The notes under the pieces are model-generated. The model was not told where the DNA came from. It saw only the letters and a program-made list of their open reading frames with translations, and did no database searches. DNA of 63,745 nucleotides, counting the filler, from Phoronis australis (lineage: Eukaryota > Animalia > Phoronida), in NCBI GenBank assembly GCA_002633005.1. It is 7 parts of 7 records of this genome, joined end to end, with 100 filler letters (N's around TTAATTAATTAA, not from the genome) between each part and the next. Parts side by side here need not be neighbours in the genome. Positions count along the whole stretch, not along the records: positions 25,875 to 34,134 come from NMRA01001914.1; positions 34,235 to 40,713 come from NMRA01001118.1; 5 more parts are not named here. One strand, given 5' to 3'. The number at the start of each line of letters is the position of its first letter. Positions within the stretch are counted from its first letter, which is position 1. The translations under genes and the position numbers were made by a program. This document shows, piece after piece, positions 25,875-39,085 of this stretch.

Positions 25875-28800
25875 AAGTTCCTTGCCAGTTTCATCTACAA
25901 CGCAAAACTTGGGCGCTGTTTGAGTAGCCATGTTCACTTGATCCTGGCAAACAGTTACTGCATCATTAACAGCCAATGTCTCTCGCAACTTTTGCAGGTT
26001 AGAAATGTTTTGCGTTTCAGATGCCCTAAGAAACGCTGGTTTAATTCTGTTAATGTGAAAAACGTCACGCAAGACTCGACCTCGAAGATCTGCTAGAAGG
26101 ACGTGTCGAATCTAAAACCTGGTGAACCACAAATGGTCCTACATACTTAGCTGTGAATTTCTTAGCATCAGATGTCAAACTGGAACTATTGGGTTTGTGT
26201 AAGTAAATTAGCTGTTCTGCTTCATAAACAGGGGACTTATTCACCCTCTGTGAGATTTTCTCATTCTGAGATTTTTGTTGGTTGGCCTGTAGATCCATCA
26301 TGAATTTGGAAACAGACTGGAAGCAATCCTTCAGTTGTTGGATATAGTCTTTCTGACAGCTAGATAGACCTAAGAGAGGTTGGAAGTTTAAACCACTGAA
26401 ATCACCGGGTTCTCTATAAAACACAAGGTAGAATGGTGAGTGATCCTCTAATTGTGGCGAGGAAAATGTATTAAATGAATATTTGGCAACACCCAATCAG
26501 TTTGATCAAGTCCGTGATGGAATGGATCTGACGCTCAACATGTAATGAACCATGGTTTAATACGGACACAACTTTGTGGCCGATCTTCAATGCGCTGCAT
26601 AGAATGTCCATCACTTTGCCAATCAGCGACGACTGCACATCAGTAACCAAAACTTCAGGAATCGCAAAACGGCAAATAACGCGTTGAATAAGTGCCTCGC
26701 ACATAGATGGCGCATCAAGCGTTTTCAAAGGAACACAAACGGTGTATCTAGTAATGGCACAAGTAGTAACCATTAACCATAAGTACCCTGACTTCGACAT
26801 GACCATTTTCTTAAAATCCAAGGATATTGTCTGGAAGGGACAATACGAAACAGGTATACGTTCATGAAGAGGTCTTAGAATATCAGTGTTACCCTTGAAT
26901 TCTTAGCATCGTGCACAAGACTGGACATAGGACACAATACGTTGATACACGTTGGGGAAATAGAACAGTTTTCGCATCGTGAGTAAGTTCTCACACAATC
27001 CTGGTGATTACTCAAAAGAGAATCATGGTACTTCGATATCAATGGGTCTATGAACTTTTCAGGAATCACAAGCTGCAGACAAAAACGATCCTGGCCATTT
27101 GGGAAGAGCAACCTGAAAAATAGGCCATCACACAAGTACTGTTCTGATCTAAGCATGATAGATCAAGCAGCCTTTTTGTCACTGGGCAAGATATTGTGCG
27201 CTAAACAATCATAAATAGGTTTAAAATGTGGCGAAGCCATTTGGGCCAAACGGAACTGTTGAGCCTCAAAAGGAGGATTGTAGTCACGAAGTATCTTCCG
27301 CTTAATAATCTTGAGAACTTTGTTAAGCTCACGTTGGTTTGGAATTTGTTGTGCAGTCATGTCATCAGTATCGGACACCAAAGGTTTTGGCTTTTGTAGA
27401 AACTCTGGAACTTCCTCCCTCACTAGAAAATTCCTCTTGTACACTAACCCTAGTGGACACCACGTTATCAACCAACCTAGGTTCAGAAGCTACCTGACTA
27501 GGCTGTAAATCTGTCCTAGTATTCACTCGACTAGGTACAGGCAAACTAGCACAAAATGGGATAGGTTGACTATCAGGTTCCTCAGGAGTTGTCAACGTAT
27601 CGTTAACTGGTTGGTGATTTCTAGCACATGAAGAAGGCGATATCACGTCGTTACCTGACAGTGGTGTACTGGACGGAGTATCTGTGATATCTGGACTGTC
27701 TGGTCCGGATACAGGTGAAGTGCTGCGTGAGGACACTGAGCTGGAACAGGGTGTGTTCTCGGGGAAAAATGGGTTTAATTGGTATCCGATTCTTCGTGGC
27801 AAATGATCTAGTGACTGGTCTTTCAACAGGGGATGGTCTGAAAGGGAAAGCATGATCATTTGAGAAAATACCACTCAACTGCACAGGCATTGCAAAAGAC
27901 ATAATGCGTTCAAGTTTGTTGTCATCATCGCAGGGACAGTGGCTTAAAAAGTCAGAAATGACCATGTCAGCACCTTTCCTGTAAGACAAGTCAAATGAGT
28001 ACCGAGACAATCGTTCAAGTAGTTTTTGCAACCGAAGAGTTGGTGGTTGAGTCTTAGAATTATAAATTTGGACAAGTTAGAGATGAATGGTCAACATAGC
28101 AACGAAATGATCGGTACTGCAGGTAGTACTTCCAAGCAGTAATGTTGACAAGAAGACCTGTCAGTTCAAGCTCACTGACACTACATCTTAGAGCAGCAGC
28201 AGGTAAGAGTTTACTGTAATAACAAATTACCCTTTGTTCACCTTCAATATCCTGCATCAAAACAGAGCCAGTACCTGACCAAGATGTGTCACTATAAAGA
28301 TGAAACTCTCCATCTCCCTGTGAAGCACACAAGACCGGAGGGTTTGTTAACATGTCCTTAATGGTTCCGAAAGCGACATCATGTTCCTCATTCCATATGA
28401 AAGGCTGTTTTCTCCTGGTAAGAGAATGCAAAGGTGCAAGTAAGTCCTGCAATTTAGGAAGATACATACTCCGGTAAGTGACAGTACCAATAAAACGTCT
28501 AACCATTTTGTGAACAGCAACGCATTTACTAGCCATAGCCTGTACATGTACGACACCCTTATTGTCTATGTCAATATCGTGACCAAGTAAGTACATCAAC
28601 GTCGAAATAGACTACATTTACTGGGTGAATGCTTTAAGCCATACTCTTCAAATTTTTGTAGAACACATTCTAAGTGTTTCATATGTGTCCCTTCATCCTG
28701 TGAGAAAATAATGCAATCATCACAAATCGCAACAAAAAGTATCATGTCCTGGAATAGTAGCCAACATTTCATTCATTTGTTGTTGCCATCTTGCTGGTGA

Positions 28801-29644
28801 CATGTTCAAGCCCATTAGGAAGACGTAAATACTTATACATGGATGAACCAGGGTACGGACATATACCAGTGTATTTCTGAGAATCTTCAGACAGTGGTAA
28901 AGTATGAAAGGCACTCTTCAGATCAATAATAGACAGCACACGACTGTTGGAGCGTCCTAGCCGCGCTGACATTCTGTAAGCTAATGTAATTTTGCTGAGC
29001 TGCAAGGACTCTTTTGTTTAAGTATCTGAAGTCAGACACAAATCTATAATCATGTGAGTCAGGTTTTTGTATGAGCATGCATGAAGAGCTGTAAGCTGAA
29101 CAATCTTTCTTCAGTATTCCCAGCCTGACAAGTTTGGATAGTTCCCTGTCCATAACAGGTTTGAGATTATCAGGTATGTTATATGGTTTGATGCAGAATG
29201 GAGTGCAGTCTTTCAACTCTATGCTAACTTCGATGTTTGGACAATGCCCCATCTCCCCATACAAACTAAAAGCATCAGTATGCCTGTCTAACATATTTGG
29301 AACTTTAGTCTTACCATCGTTATTCAACACTCATCTGTATCTAGCTGAATTGAGTTTCTCAATACCTGAATAGGCGACTGCTTACTAAGAGAGTCTGTTT
29401 TCTCCACATGGGGGTATTTGGTCAACACCTCATACTGGATGTCAGATTCGCATTCCTCTCTGGAAATGAAAGCCTGCCAGGTGTGTTGGTCAACTGCATG
29501 GGACACATACGCCAACTTACTCAAATCTGTAAAGCCAATAGATTTGTTAGCACGAATATGTAAAACACGACAAGACGTATTAGTTATGGGAACAGTACAG
29601 CTGCTGCGTCTGAGCTTGACAATCATGTGGTCAGGACAATACTC
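25875..29644 (-). mobile_element. pol: Decayed Ty3/Gypsy pol (RT, RNase H, integrase)
   Basis: Fragments YRFVSDFRYLN, IDLKSAFHTLPL, RLPNGL, AICDD (RT); LYSDTS, YYSKLL, ELELTGL, YVDHSSL (RNase H); KYHDSLLSNHQ, PEVLVTD, VERQI, KYVGPF (integrase). RT-RH-IN order; many frameshifts and stops. Confidence 0.93.
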
Positions 29645-30366
29645 NNNNNNNNNNNNNNNNNNNNNNNNNNNNNNNNNNNNNNNNNNNNNNNNNNNNNNNN
29701 NNNNNNNNNNNNNNNNNNNNNNNNNNNNNNNNNNNNNNNNNNNNNNNNNNNNNNNNNNNNNNNNNNNNNNNNNNNNNNNNNNNNNNNNNNNNNNNNNNNN
29801 NNNNNNNNNNNNNNNNNNNNNNNNNNNNNNNNNNNNNNNNNNNNNNNNNNNNNNNNNNNNNNNNNNNNNNNNNNNNNNNNNNNNNNNNNNNNNNNNNNNN
29901 NNNNNNNNNNNNNNNNNNNNNNNNNNNNNNNNNNNNNNNNNNNNNNNNNNNNNNNNNNNNNNNNNNNNNNNNNNNNNNNNNNNNNNNNNNNNNNNNNNNN
30001 NNNNNNNNNNNNNNNNNNNNNNNNNNNNNNNNNNNNNNNNNNNNNNNNNNNNNNNNNNNNNNNNNNNNNNNNNNNNNNNNNNNNNNNNNNNNNNNNNNNN
30101 NNNNNNNNNNNNNNNNNNNNNNNNNNNNNNNNNNNNNNNNNNNNNNNNNNNNNNNNNNNNNNNNNNNNNNNNNNNNNNNNNNNNNNNNNNNNNNNNNNNN
30201 NNNNNNNNNNNNNNNNNNNNNNNNNNNNNNNNNNNNNNNNNNNNNNNNNNNNNNNNNNNNNNNNNNNNNNNNNNNNNNNNNNNNNNNNNNNNNNNNNNNN
30301 NNNNNNNNNNNNNNNNNNNNNNNNNNNNNNNNNNNNNNNNNNNNNNNNNNNNNNNNNNNNNNNNNN

Positions 30367-31440
30367 AAAAACCCAGACAGAGACAGAATAATCAGAGAAG
30401 TTAGATTGTCAGAGAACGAAGGAAGGTATGCCCGAGCAGTTCAGATGGGTCAGCAGGGGGCGTGGACGAAGTGGGGCAAAGTCTTGCAAAGGGAAATAAA
30501 GTGGGCGGACTTGTGGAAGATGTCGCCTTTGAAAGCAAAGTTTCTCATCAGATCTGTTTATGATGTACTGCCTACTCCCAGCAACCTTGCTATTTGGGGT
30601 CTTACTGACAACCCGAGCTGTATTCAGTGTGGACGCAGATGTTCTTTAGAACACATTCTGTCATCTTGCAGTGCGTCTTTGGCATCAGGAAAGTACACCT
30701 ACCGGCACAACCAGGTACTGAAAGTTTTCGCAAGGGTGTTGGTTGACGAAGTCAAGAGTAAACCAAAGTCAAGAAGCCACCGGATCGAATTTATCAGTTT
30801 CAGAAGAAGTGGCGATGAGGCAAGTAAGAAGAAGTCACCAGCGCAGAAAGGCATCCTTCACACAGCCAACGACTGGAAATTGTGGGTTGATCTTGCCGGT
30901 CACCAGTCATCCTTCCCACAGCACATTTTCCAGACTACCCAGCGCCCTGACTTGATTCTTTATTCGGATAGTTCCCACCAGATCATCCTGATCGAGCTCA
31001 CCATTCCGTGGGAGAGTAGGGTAGAAGAGGCACACGAGCGGAAGAACCTGAAATATACTGATTTGAGGAGTGACTGCCACGTTAACGGCTGGAGATGTTG
31101 GAGTTTTTCCGTGGAGGTTGGTTGGCGTGGTTTTCCGGCCAGCTCGGTTACTGCTATGGCAAGGTCTCTGGGCGTCTCTGTGACAGGAAAGAAGGTTCTT
31201 CTCCGCGATGTGGCCACCGAAGCTGAACAGGCATCTTGTTGGATATGGATGAAGCACCAACAGCAATACCATCAACAACCGTCTGGCAGAGCCTGATCAA
31301 CTCTGTTGTCCCGCCTACTAGAGATGGTCTTGGTTTAGGGACGAAACCATTAAGGACAGTGGGAGACCAACTGAAGATGACGGTTGAGCACAGTTCCATC
31401 AAGTGTTTAAAGTAAGTTCTTGTTAAACTTCATGTCATTC
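30367..31440 (+). mobile_element. 3' end of an RLE-type non-LTR retrotransposon (HERO-like), inserted antisense in the Gypsy gag
   Basis: ORF 30406-31296 has a CCHC knuckle (CIQC..LEHILSSC), RHN, RPDLIL..IELTIPWE, K..KY..L and VEVG.RG of the restriction-like endonuclease; about 145-bp 3' UTR ends where the gag frame breaks. Confidence 0.9.
31308..31377 (+). ncRNA. Candidate rearranged hammerhead-like RNA motif in the retroelement 3' UTR
   Basis: GUC, GAAA and CUGAAGA core segments with pairable stems I, II and III (see findings). Confidence 0.55.
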
Positions 31441-31800
31441 TAGTGCTTGATCATGGCGTATTCGGATCGATTTTCACAAAATCGTTCGAAGAACTGTTTT
31501 TCCAAGTCTTTCTTCGAAGTAATCGTCATGCTCTGCACCCACAAATGGGCTTGTCCTGCTAGGGACAAACAGAAGTGGAGGCAAATGTCTGCAAGATCTT
31601 CCGTCTCTGTTTTGGTCGACAAATCATGAATCTGCAAGTAGTCTTGGAACTGTAGCCAATGTGTTTGCACAGTCTCAAACGAGCCATTGTCTCCCGTAAA
31701 CTTTGGTTCCGGTAAGAACTCCGACGCTTTCAGTTTTCCTTCCTCATGCTCGGATTTTCCACCATGTAATGTTGCTCTGGGCGTATCACCCAATCTGCCC
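31441..31800 (-). mobile_element. gag: Gypsy gag N-terminal fragment
   Basis: PEPKFTGD...HWLQFQDYL...FCLSLAGQAHLW...LEKQFFERF resembles a retrotransposon gag domain; same strand as pol. Confidence 0.75.
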
Positions 31801-32000
31801 GGCCATGCGACAACGATAGATTCACAAGATAAAAAACGCAACTCTTGCCACCATTTAATGTGTATTATCGCTGACCCGCCAAAATCCCACAACGCTCTGC
31901 GTGACCAGAGGAGATAACACTCATAACAATAATCGCAGAAATTCATTGGCAGACACAACATACTCCCTAATCTCTAAAAGTAGTTCATGGGCAGAAGTCA

Positions 32001-32655
32001 TGTTACACATTTGGTGGTTGTTATGAAAAGTTATGAGGACTACCTATTTTATTTGCCAATGTATACATGTAGTTGAATAAACATCAACACACTTGAATAA
32101 GATATGATTAAGCAATAAGGCCCAAGATATAAGCAATCACGGTGTGTCAATTAAAGTATTTTTGCATGAATGACGTGCTTCTAAATATTCCTCAGGGTCA
32201 GACCCTGGAGTTTGGTGATTCCTACCTGAGCTCACACGAAGCAGGACGTTGAACCGTGACTTAACGTCTTTGGTCTAATCAGACTTCTCCTCTAGAGCGC
32301 AGTGGATGTACTCAGTGTCTATGGCGACGCCAGTATATCTCGAATGTTGTAACGATGATTCGGACAAGTGAATCTAATACGGTAGATTATGTAGCTCCTG
32401 CTGCACAGCTGCCCCCGGGCTCCGAGACACTGAGACTGACTACTTCTCAGGACACGTTCCACCTCCACATCAGCTCCACGTATTCTTATAATGTGCTTAA
32501 ATGTCTCGGTCTCGCTCTTTTCCTTGTGCATTTCCCAAGAGTTTCCAAAGTTGTTTTTCTCCGCAATTTGTAGAAATGCCACACTCGATGCGACTGGCAG
32601 TGCCAGATAAGTAGATAGTTTCCCGCACTTTAGGTCAGCCATCATTCAACTAACA
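32001..32655 (-). mobile_element. 5' LTR of the Gypsy element (655 bp)
   Basis: TGTTA...TAACA inverted termini directly upstream of the gag leader; minus-strand AATAAA near its 3' end. The following PBS (TGACTTCTGCCC) is non-canonical and the 3' LTR is not in the segment. Confidence 0.6.
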
Positions 32656-34741
32656 CATTGTAAACTTTAGTTTGGTATTCAGACGAGTTGGATGAACAAA
32701 TTTAGTATAATTTCATATTTTAGTGGGAAATGCTAGTGTCCTTAAAATTAATTAAAAACATTTGAGCAAACCAATTCTTTTAATTGTTGTACTATACCAC
32801 GGCATACTAATGCGTAGAAACGGCGCACAACTAGTGACTAGTTTAACATGACAAAAACATATACGCGGTCTGAAACGAGTGAAATTCAGACACCTATTAC
32901 CAAGCCTGCGTGAAGGGCTGACAAAGTTTTTATTATATTAATTTCAAGGGCATGGAGTCTTCTACATGTCCATGTTATTATTTTTAGTTTTCTCGCGGGG
33001 GCAGCTTCGCTATAAGGGTACAACTTACTGCTGGTTTTTCACAAGAAGGAAATGTGGCTCCACCGAAACAGTTCCAGTGTTACCATGGTAACCGATATTT
33101 CCGTGTCGGTGCCGTTTTTACTGACATTGGTCATGAACCTATCATGTGATATCAAAATTGTTCAGAAACGATTCTGTTTGAAGGAGAAAGTGGAGTAGAA
33201 AATTTGGTCAAAAATGGCTCATTCCACATCAAGAAATTGCCTCATTTTGCCCCCCAGAACTCTTGGCCTTGTATCTCCTAAACCACCAAACTTTGTGGTG
33301 TCATACTTCACCCAATTTCTTTCATTCGTAATGTGATTTATCAGTCTAAACATGGATCTGAATGGCTGACCCCCCACCTTGCCGCTTGGCTCAGTGTACA
33401 GTGGTTGGTGGATTCGTGGACTCGATGTGCAAATAATCTTAAATTCCCTTTAAATAATGTATTTTCTGAAAGAAATATAGTTTGGTTGCAGGCCTTCGTT
33501 TACACAAACTTTGTTGAAAACAGAACTAGACTTTTTGCTTGAAAGCTTGGTAGTAGCCTCGTAGTTTTGGAACAGTTTCCCGCCTTTCTTCAGGTGTGTT
33601 AGTGCAGCTATATAGTAAAATACCAAGAGACATAACAAATATACAAATTAAAACACTAGGTCAAACCCAAAAAACTACAAGCGTACCACTATCAAGCTTG
33701 GTTTTGGCGAAATTTTCTGAGAGGTGAATAAATTTTTCCTAACAACCTTATTTACATGTCTTTATTTTTTCGAGAGATATACATTTTGGAAAAAATAGAT
33801 AACTTGGAACAGAGATTTTGAAAATGTTATTCTAAGATATATTTCAAAAATCTGAGATACGGTTCCCCATTGTCAGCGTGTTGACAAAAGACTAATGGGT
33901 TTAGAGGAACATTATTTTAAATTTAATTTTATCTGTTCTAACAAATTTTTTTTTATCAAAAATATATCTTGTGTTAAAATAAAGACATTAAAGTAAATAT
34001 TAAAGGCCTATGGTCCGAGTTATAGAAGAAAAAAACCTCTTAACGCCGTTTAAGCCGATTTTTTGATGTGACATGTTGTTCAAAAAGTTATTAACTTTCA
34101 ACTTGTGCAAAAAGTTTGAAAAAAATCGTTGTAANNNNNNNNNNNNNNNNNNNNNNNNNNNNNNNNNNNNNNNNNNNNTTAATTAATTAANNNNNNNNNN
34201 NNNNNNNNNNNNNNNNNNNNNNNNNNNNNNNNNNCTAAACATGTTTTTCTCCATTCTCTTCAAAAAAGCAATGAAAAGACCTATCATTTGGTATATCACA
34301 CCATATAGTTTGTTAATGGTATATTACACCATATAGTTCATTAACGTAAAACAATAAGACGTTTTTGCAGTCATAATGGTGGCCATATTGTCCGCCATTT
34401 TGGAATTTGGAATTTTTTGTTTTCTTAAAAATGTTTCTCACCAAGTAAATGCTAGGATTGTCATATCCTGAAATTTTCATGTTGTTATTAAAAGTATTGA
34501 GGAAGTTATTGTGAAAAAACTAATTTTGGGTCACATGAATGCGCATTTACTCCCATGTATTCAGAGGACTAAAAAAGGGGTAATTATCGCTCTTCAAACG
34601 TTCATAAAAAGTCAACGGCTTAATGGATTTTGTTAATTTTTTTTGTTTGACTCTGTTTTTGATGTTTTATTAAATCAATGCATTTTTAAATATTAAATAA
34701 GAATTTGAAATTTTTTGTCACGTCCCTAGCACAGAGCACAC

Positions 34742-35005
34742 ACGGGGCGTGAGGCTTCGGCATCCACACGCTTTTTATTCACTTGGTTGACCCTTTCGAA
34801 CACAACTCTCCACGCCTGTAGTAACTTGAGTATTCTGAGAATTTGAGACCACTTGTCGAAGATTTGCATCAGGCAAAATAGCAATAATAACGACGACATA
34901 TTTTGATAAAAATTCCGTCTTTTTATTAGCAGTTTACATGCAGACAGCGACGCATGCGCAATTCAGTCACCACTAGTACAGCAGCGACACCGCGAGGAAA
35001 ATTCG
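34742..35005 (+). repeat. Interspersed repeat; a reverse-complement copy lies at 63481-63745
   Basis: CACCACTAGTACAGCAGCGACACCGCGAGGA and flanks match the window end in inverted orientation. Confidence 0.8.
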
Positions 35006-35467
35006 TCAAATAGCCCCGTTGTATTGTCATTTATTTGATGCTACATGTATACATGTACATTAGCATGGTGTGGAGCATGCAAATACTTCTTTATTACAAT
35101 TGCTTGTACCATTCACGCCTTGTGCTGCCAATTTCGCACATCCGTTTAAATTTAATCACGTGCTACGTTCCGCAGACAGAAAAATAGCAAAAGAAGAAGA
35201 TCGCGCAAGTTTTGATGAGATACCGTCCAATACGAACAAGACAGGCCTTTTAAGCGAGTTTTGTTTTCATAGCTCCTCCATGGAACGCAGCCAACGAGGC
35301 AGCAGTGATACATTGTGATATTCTTTAAAGCTCTGAATTGATGGCGATACATTTGAAATCTTTTCATGAAATTCAAAGAAGAAAAGTGCGTGGTAGTACT
35401 TGAAGTGTTAATTTATACTATAATTGTTGATTAAACTTACAGAGAAAGTCAAACCACCAAATTCTAC

Positions 35468-35933
35468 ATGGAGGCGATTTTGGATACCATGTTGGGAGAA
35501 TTAGTAGAAGAAGGCAAGTAGTTAAACTGACAATTGTAAACTGTTTTGGAAGTAATCGAGATTGTAAAAATAATTTGGAACAATGTGATCTTCAATTTCA
35601 GTTTTCCTTTATGCGGCTAGATATAGTGTGTCTGTAGGATATTAATAAGGACGGATGTGAAAATCAGCATTTCAGGCAGAATGGAACCAACTAATGAAAT
35701 CAATTATTGCTTTCTATCCTTCATCCAAAAGGTTGCGTCTTCCCGTATTGACGACAGTCATGGATAGGTCACTGCAAACACATAGCTGTTTAAAAAAACG
35801 AATTTTGAGACAAACAAAGCCTTCTACGTACACGGAGACCGTATTCCGTCCTAAAAGCAACGCTAAATAATTGAAAGCCACAGACTGTTCCGATTCATCT
35901 TTTAGGCAGAGTCATATTTCGGCTTTTTAAACG
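35468..35933 (+). CDS. Tentative first two kinase-gene exons (35468-35513, 35906-35933) with GC donors
   Basis: MEAILDTMLGELVEEG + RVIFRLFKR; both end in GCAAGT and are phase-compatible with exon 36789. Confidence 0.35.
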
Positions 35934-36788
35934 GCAAGTTTGCCTTCCAACTTTCGCATAACACCCTTCCCCGAACAAAATTTGACGTCTTGCTCCAACA
36001 TCTTTATTCAACGGCGCCTGTTATCTATTCAAGGGCGACAGTTTTATTAACCTGATTCAATGATGTTGCGTTTGGCTTAAAGCAGTTCCGAATTAGTCTT
36101 CCGTCACAACTTTTAGTTATTCCACTTACCACTGCGAACTGTCTCAAACTGTCCATTACTCAAGGAGTTATCCGTGGTTTTTTGGCTTGGAAATATGTGA
36201 GAGCTTGTTGTTATATGATTAGTGGCGACCTCTACATGTACAGTCAGTCAAATACATGTAGCAAATTTTAATGTACCCCTACTGCCAATGGAAAATCAAT
36301 CTTTAAGCAGTTCGCAAGTCAGCTCTGGGTGAGGGAGGAACAGTTGTTTGACAATATTGAGATGAAGCTAAAAGTAATGCAGGTCACACCCAAATCTAAA
36401 ATTGGTTTTGCTTTCAGCTCATCTTAAGCAATAGCGACTAGGACCGACAAGTTAAAGTCACGGCCTGTCATTTGATACGCTGTGCATGGTGGCCACACAT
36501 AACGTATTACATGTATATCAGTTTGCAAGACCAAAACCGACTTTTGTCGATGGAAACTTCAAGAAACAGACCCAAAAATGACATTGAACAGACATTTAAT
36601 TTTTGTTTTCAAGGAATTTATGACAAGAATCCTTTGTCGGCGGAGATTTTTTTCTTCGGTGAAAAATTTTCTCTTCGAAAAAGTGTTTTTTTGTTGTTAC
36701 CTGAACCTTCCCGAAAAAAATGTAAAATAATGTTTTTTCAATGTCATCGTTAAGCCACTGTGCTTATACCTCCTATTTTCTGTTTCAG

Positions 36789-39085
36789 GAGCACACATGA
36801 ACAAAATGCCTCCGGTACGTACTATTAATCATCACCGTGTGACGTACCATGTATCTAAAGCTATACATTGTGTTAAAACGTTAAGAAACCAATGAACATA
36901 GTGGAGAAAACGCAAATTTATGTGAAGTTTTCTACTGAGCAGCTTCAATGCCCATACTTGTACTTTCAGGTGTTAGCAGCCTACTTACGCAAAGGTGCTA
37001 TCCACCTGGACAAGCAGTCAGCGATAGTTTAAACAACTTGTTGGTGCCATCACCGGACGAATGGTCAATGGACCAGCATCGCCCTTTGTACCAGGCGGCT
37101 ACTGCTAGGTAACTGATGCACAAAACAAATCGAACGACAACAACAACGGTTCGTGAAACAGTGGTACATGCTAGTTATAGTAACGGAACATGTAAACAAA
37201 AATCCGGTTTCAAAATCACTGTGAGCGGAAATTGAAATGATACAATTGGATAGATGTTCATAATCGCAAGACTCTCGCTACAATGTAGTAGGCTAGTACG
37301 GTTAAGTGTTTAACTTTTAATAGATGGTGTTATTTTGCCCATAAATTTGCGTTTGATTGCAAGATTCACGTCTCTAAGGAACGCACGCCTGTTCTCCGCT
37401 CATCTTGAATATTGTCGTCAACGTCTTATGTGACACAGTCAACACCAAGTACGAATTCTATGCTCACTGTATTAATGTCTTGTTTTAGGACAAAGATAAG
37501 GCAAGGGTCCATGCCACCAGGTAGGTTTGGTTGCGCTCTATGCAGTTCGATTTTTTCGGTTGATTAGTTTCGTTCAGTCCAAACAGAGCTTCACTGCACG
37601 TACATAATTTTCCTTTAATCACAACTGGAACAGTTAACACAGTAAAACTACAGGCAATACATAATATATTCCCATCAGCAGTGATAATACATACGCCGTG
37701 TGGCTAGATGTCGATGGGGTGGTTTGAGGACAGCGTTCTGCGATCTTTTATCGATTTAATGACGTAGTATGTTTCCAGCATCTTCTATAAAGTCTTTGGT
37801 GTCGTCATTTGCCGTCAAATTGCCAATTTTGTTCAATGCAATTGACAAAAGATTCGTGCATAGAAGCCCGACGTCCTATAAATGAGAAGAATTGCATTTC
37901 GTACCTACAGAATACTCGATCCGTTTTGAACACCATAACTGGACACGAGACATATGCATGATTGTATAAGTTTACTTCCTGCTAGTTCAAAACGATTTTG
38001 GAACGAAGTTCGTGTAGTAATAATTCGATTTACGAAAAACATGCCGCCGATAAGGGGAATTCAAGGAGAGATACATGTATATGTACGTGACGAGGATGAC
38101 ATCAGGTGATGCATAAATGGTGCCAGTGGGGAAAACGGTTTTGCACATTTTTGGACACGATATAAAGCAACGTCTTCACCCTGTCGTTTTAGGTCTCACG
38201 CAATTACTTTCCTTTCAATATTGTGGTTGGTCACCCTCAAATGCGCCAGTGTGATGATCGCTGGTGGTTAGAATGATCGGGATAATAAAATATGAGCACA
38301 ACTCCAGAAATCGTGTTCGCAATACATCCAGGTTCTCATTCATTCCCTTGCATACCTTCACTAGACCGAGTTCAGATCAATAGGAGACAATTTTGTGCAA
38401 TGATTGATTGTCTGCCAGTGACGCTAGGATTCGAACCCAGGTCTCTCAAATAGAAGTCCAGAACTCACACCACTGAGTCACACTGATGGTGATGATGAGG
38501 GTCGTGGTGATGATGATGATATTGATGATGACGTTGACGAAGATGACAACGACGACGACAGTGATGATAATGGTAGTACTGATGTGCATGAAAAAGTACA
38601 AACTTTGTTTCAGTTATGTCTGAGCGAAAACGACCCAGAGCTGCTAACACAACCAGATCACTCTCACGTTCTTGGTTTAATACAGATCAACACCCAGTTA
38701 CTCCTGCGTTCGTTAACAGAACAGTTTCGCTTAGATCCGCCGTACCATTGCCCTTACAAGTCACGCCAGTCGACGACCCATCATTTCCATACGACACCAT
38801 TGCCGCCAATCGCTTAACGCGGACAAAAAACGACTGTCACGCTAGTCTTGTCTGCGTGGCACCTTCTCTTCCTGCAGCACCAAGTACGACATTACTGGCT
38901 GCTTGCGTGGAGCAAGGACTGGGTCATTATTGCACTCCACAAATCTTATTTCGAAAGGAAACACCTGCCAGAAACTCTTGCCCAAGGCCTAGCCTACCCA
39001 GCCTACACGAACATGCCTCTATGCGTTCTGTTTTTCGAAAGTACGGCTCTGAGGCATGCATGTTTATCAATCCGGAAAAGTTTAA
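36789..39085 (+). CDS. Kinase gene N-terminal exons (36789-36814, 36970-37108, 37489-37520, 38614-39085)
   Basis: All have AG/GT boundaries with pyrimidine tracts and splice into one open frame leading to the kinase exon; no known domain recognised. Confidence 0.6.
38230..38475 (-). mobile_element. tRNA-derived SINE remnant
   Basis: B-box GGTTCGAATCC on the minus strand at about 38427-38437; extent approximate. Confidence 0.4.
38484..38585. repeat. Imperfect (GAT/GAC)n microsatellite
   Basis: Run of gat/gac/ggt triplets. Confidence 0.8.

Noticed and set aside
29418-30404. 328-aa and 254-aa ORFs
   Set aside because: They run through the N gap.
38465-38650. His-rich peptide ORF
   Set aside because: It is the translation of the GAT microsatellite on the minus strand.
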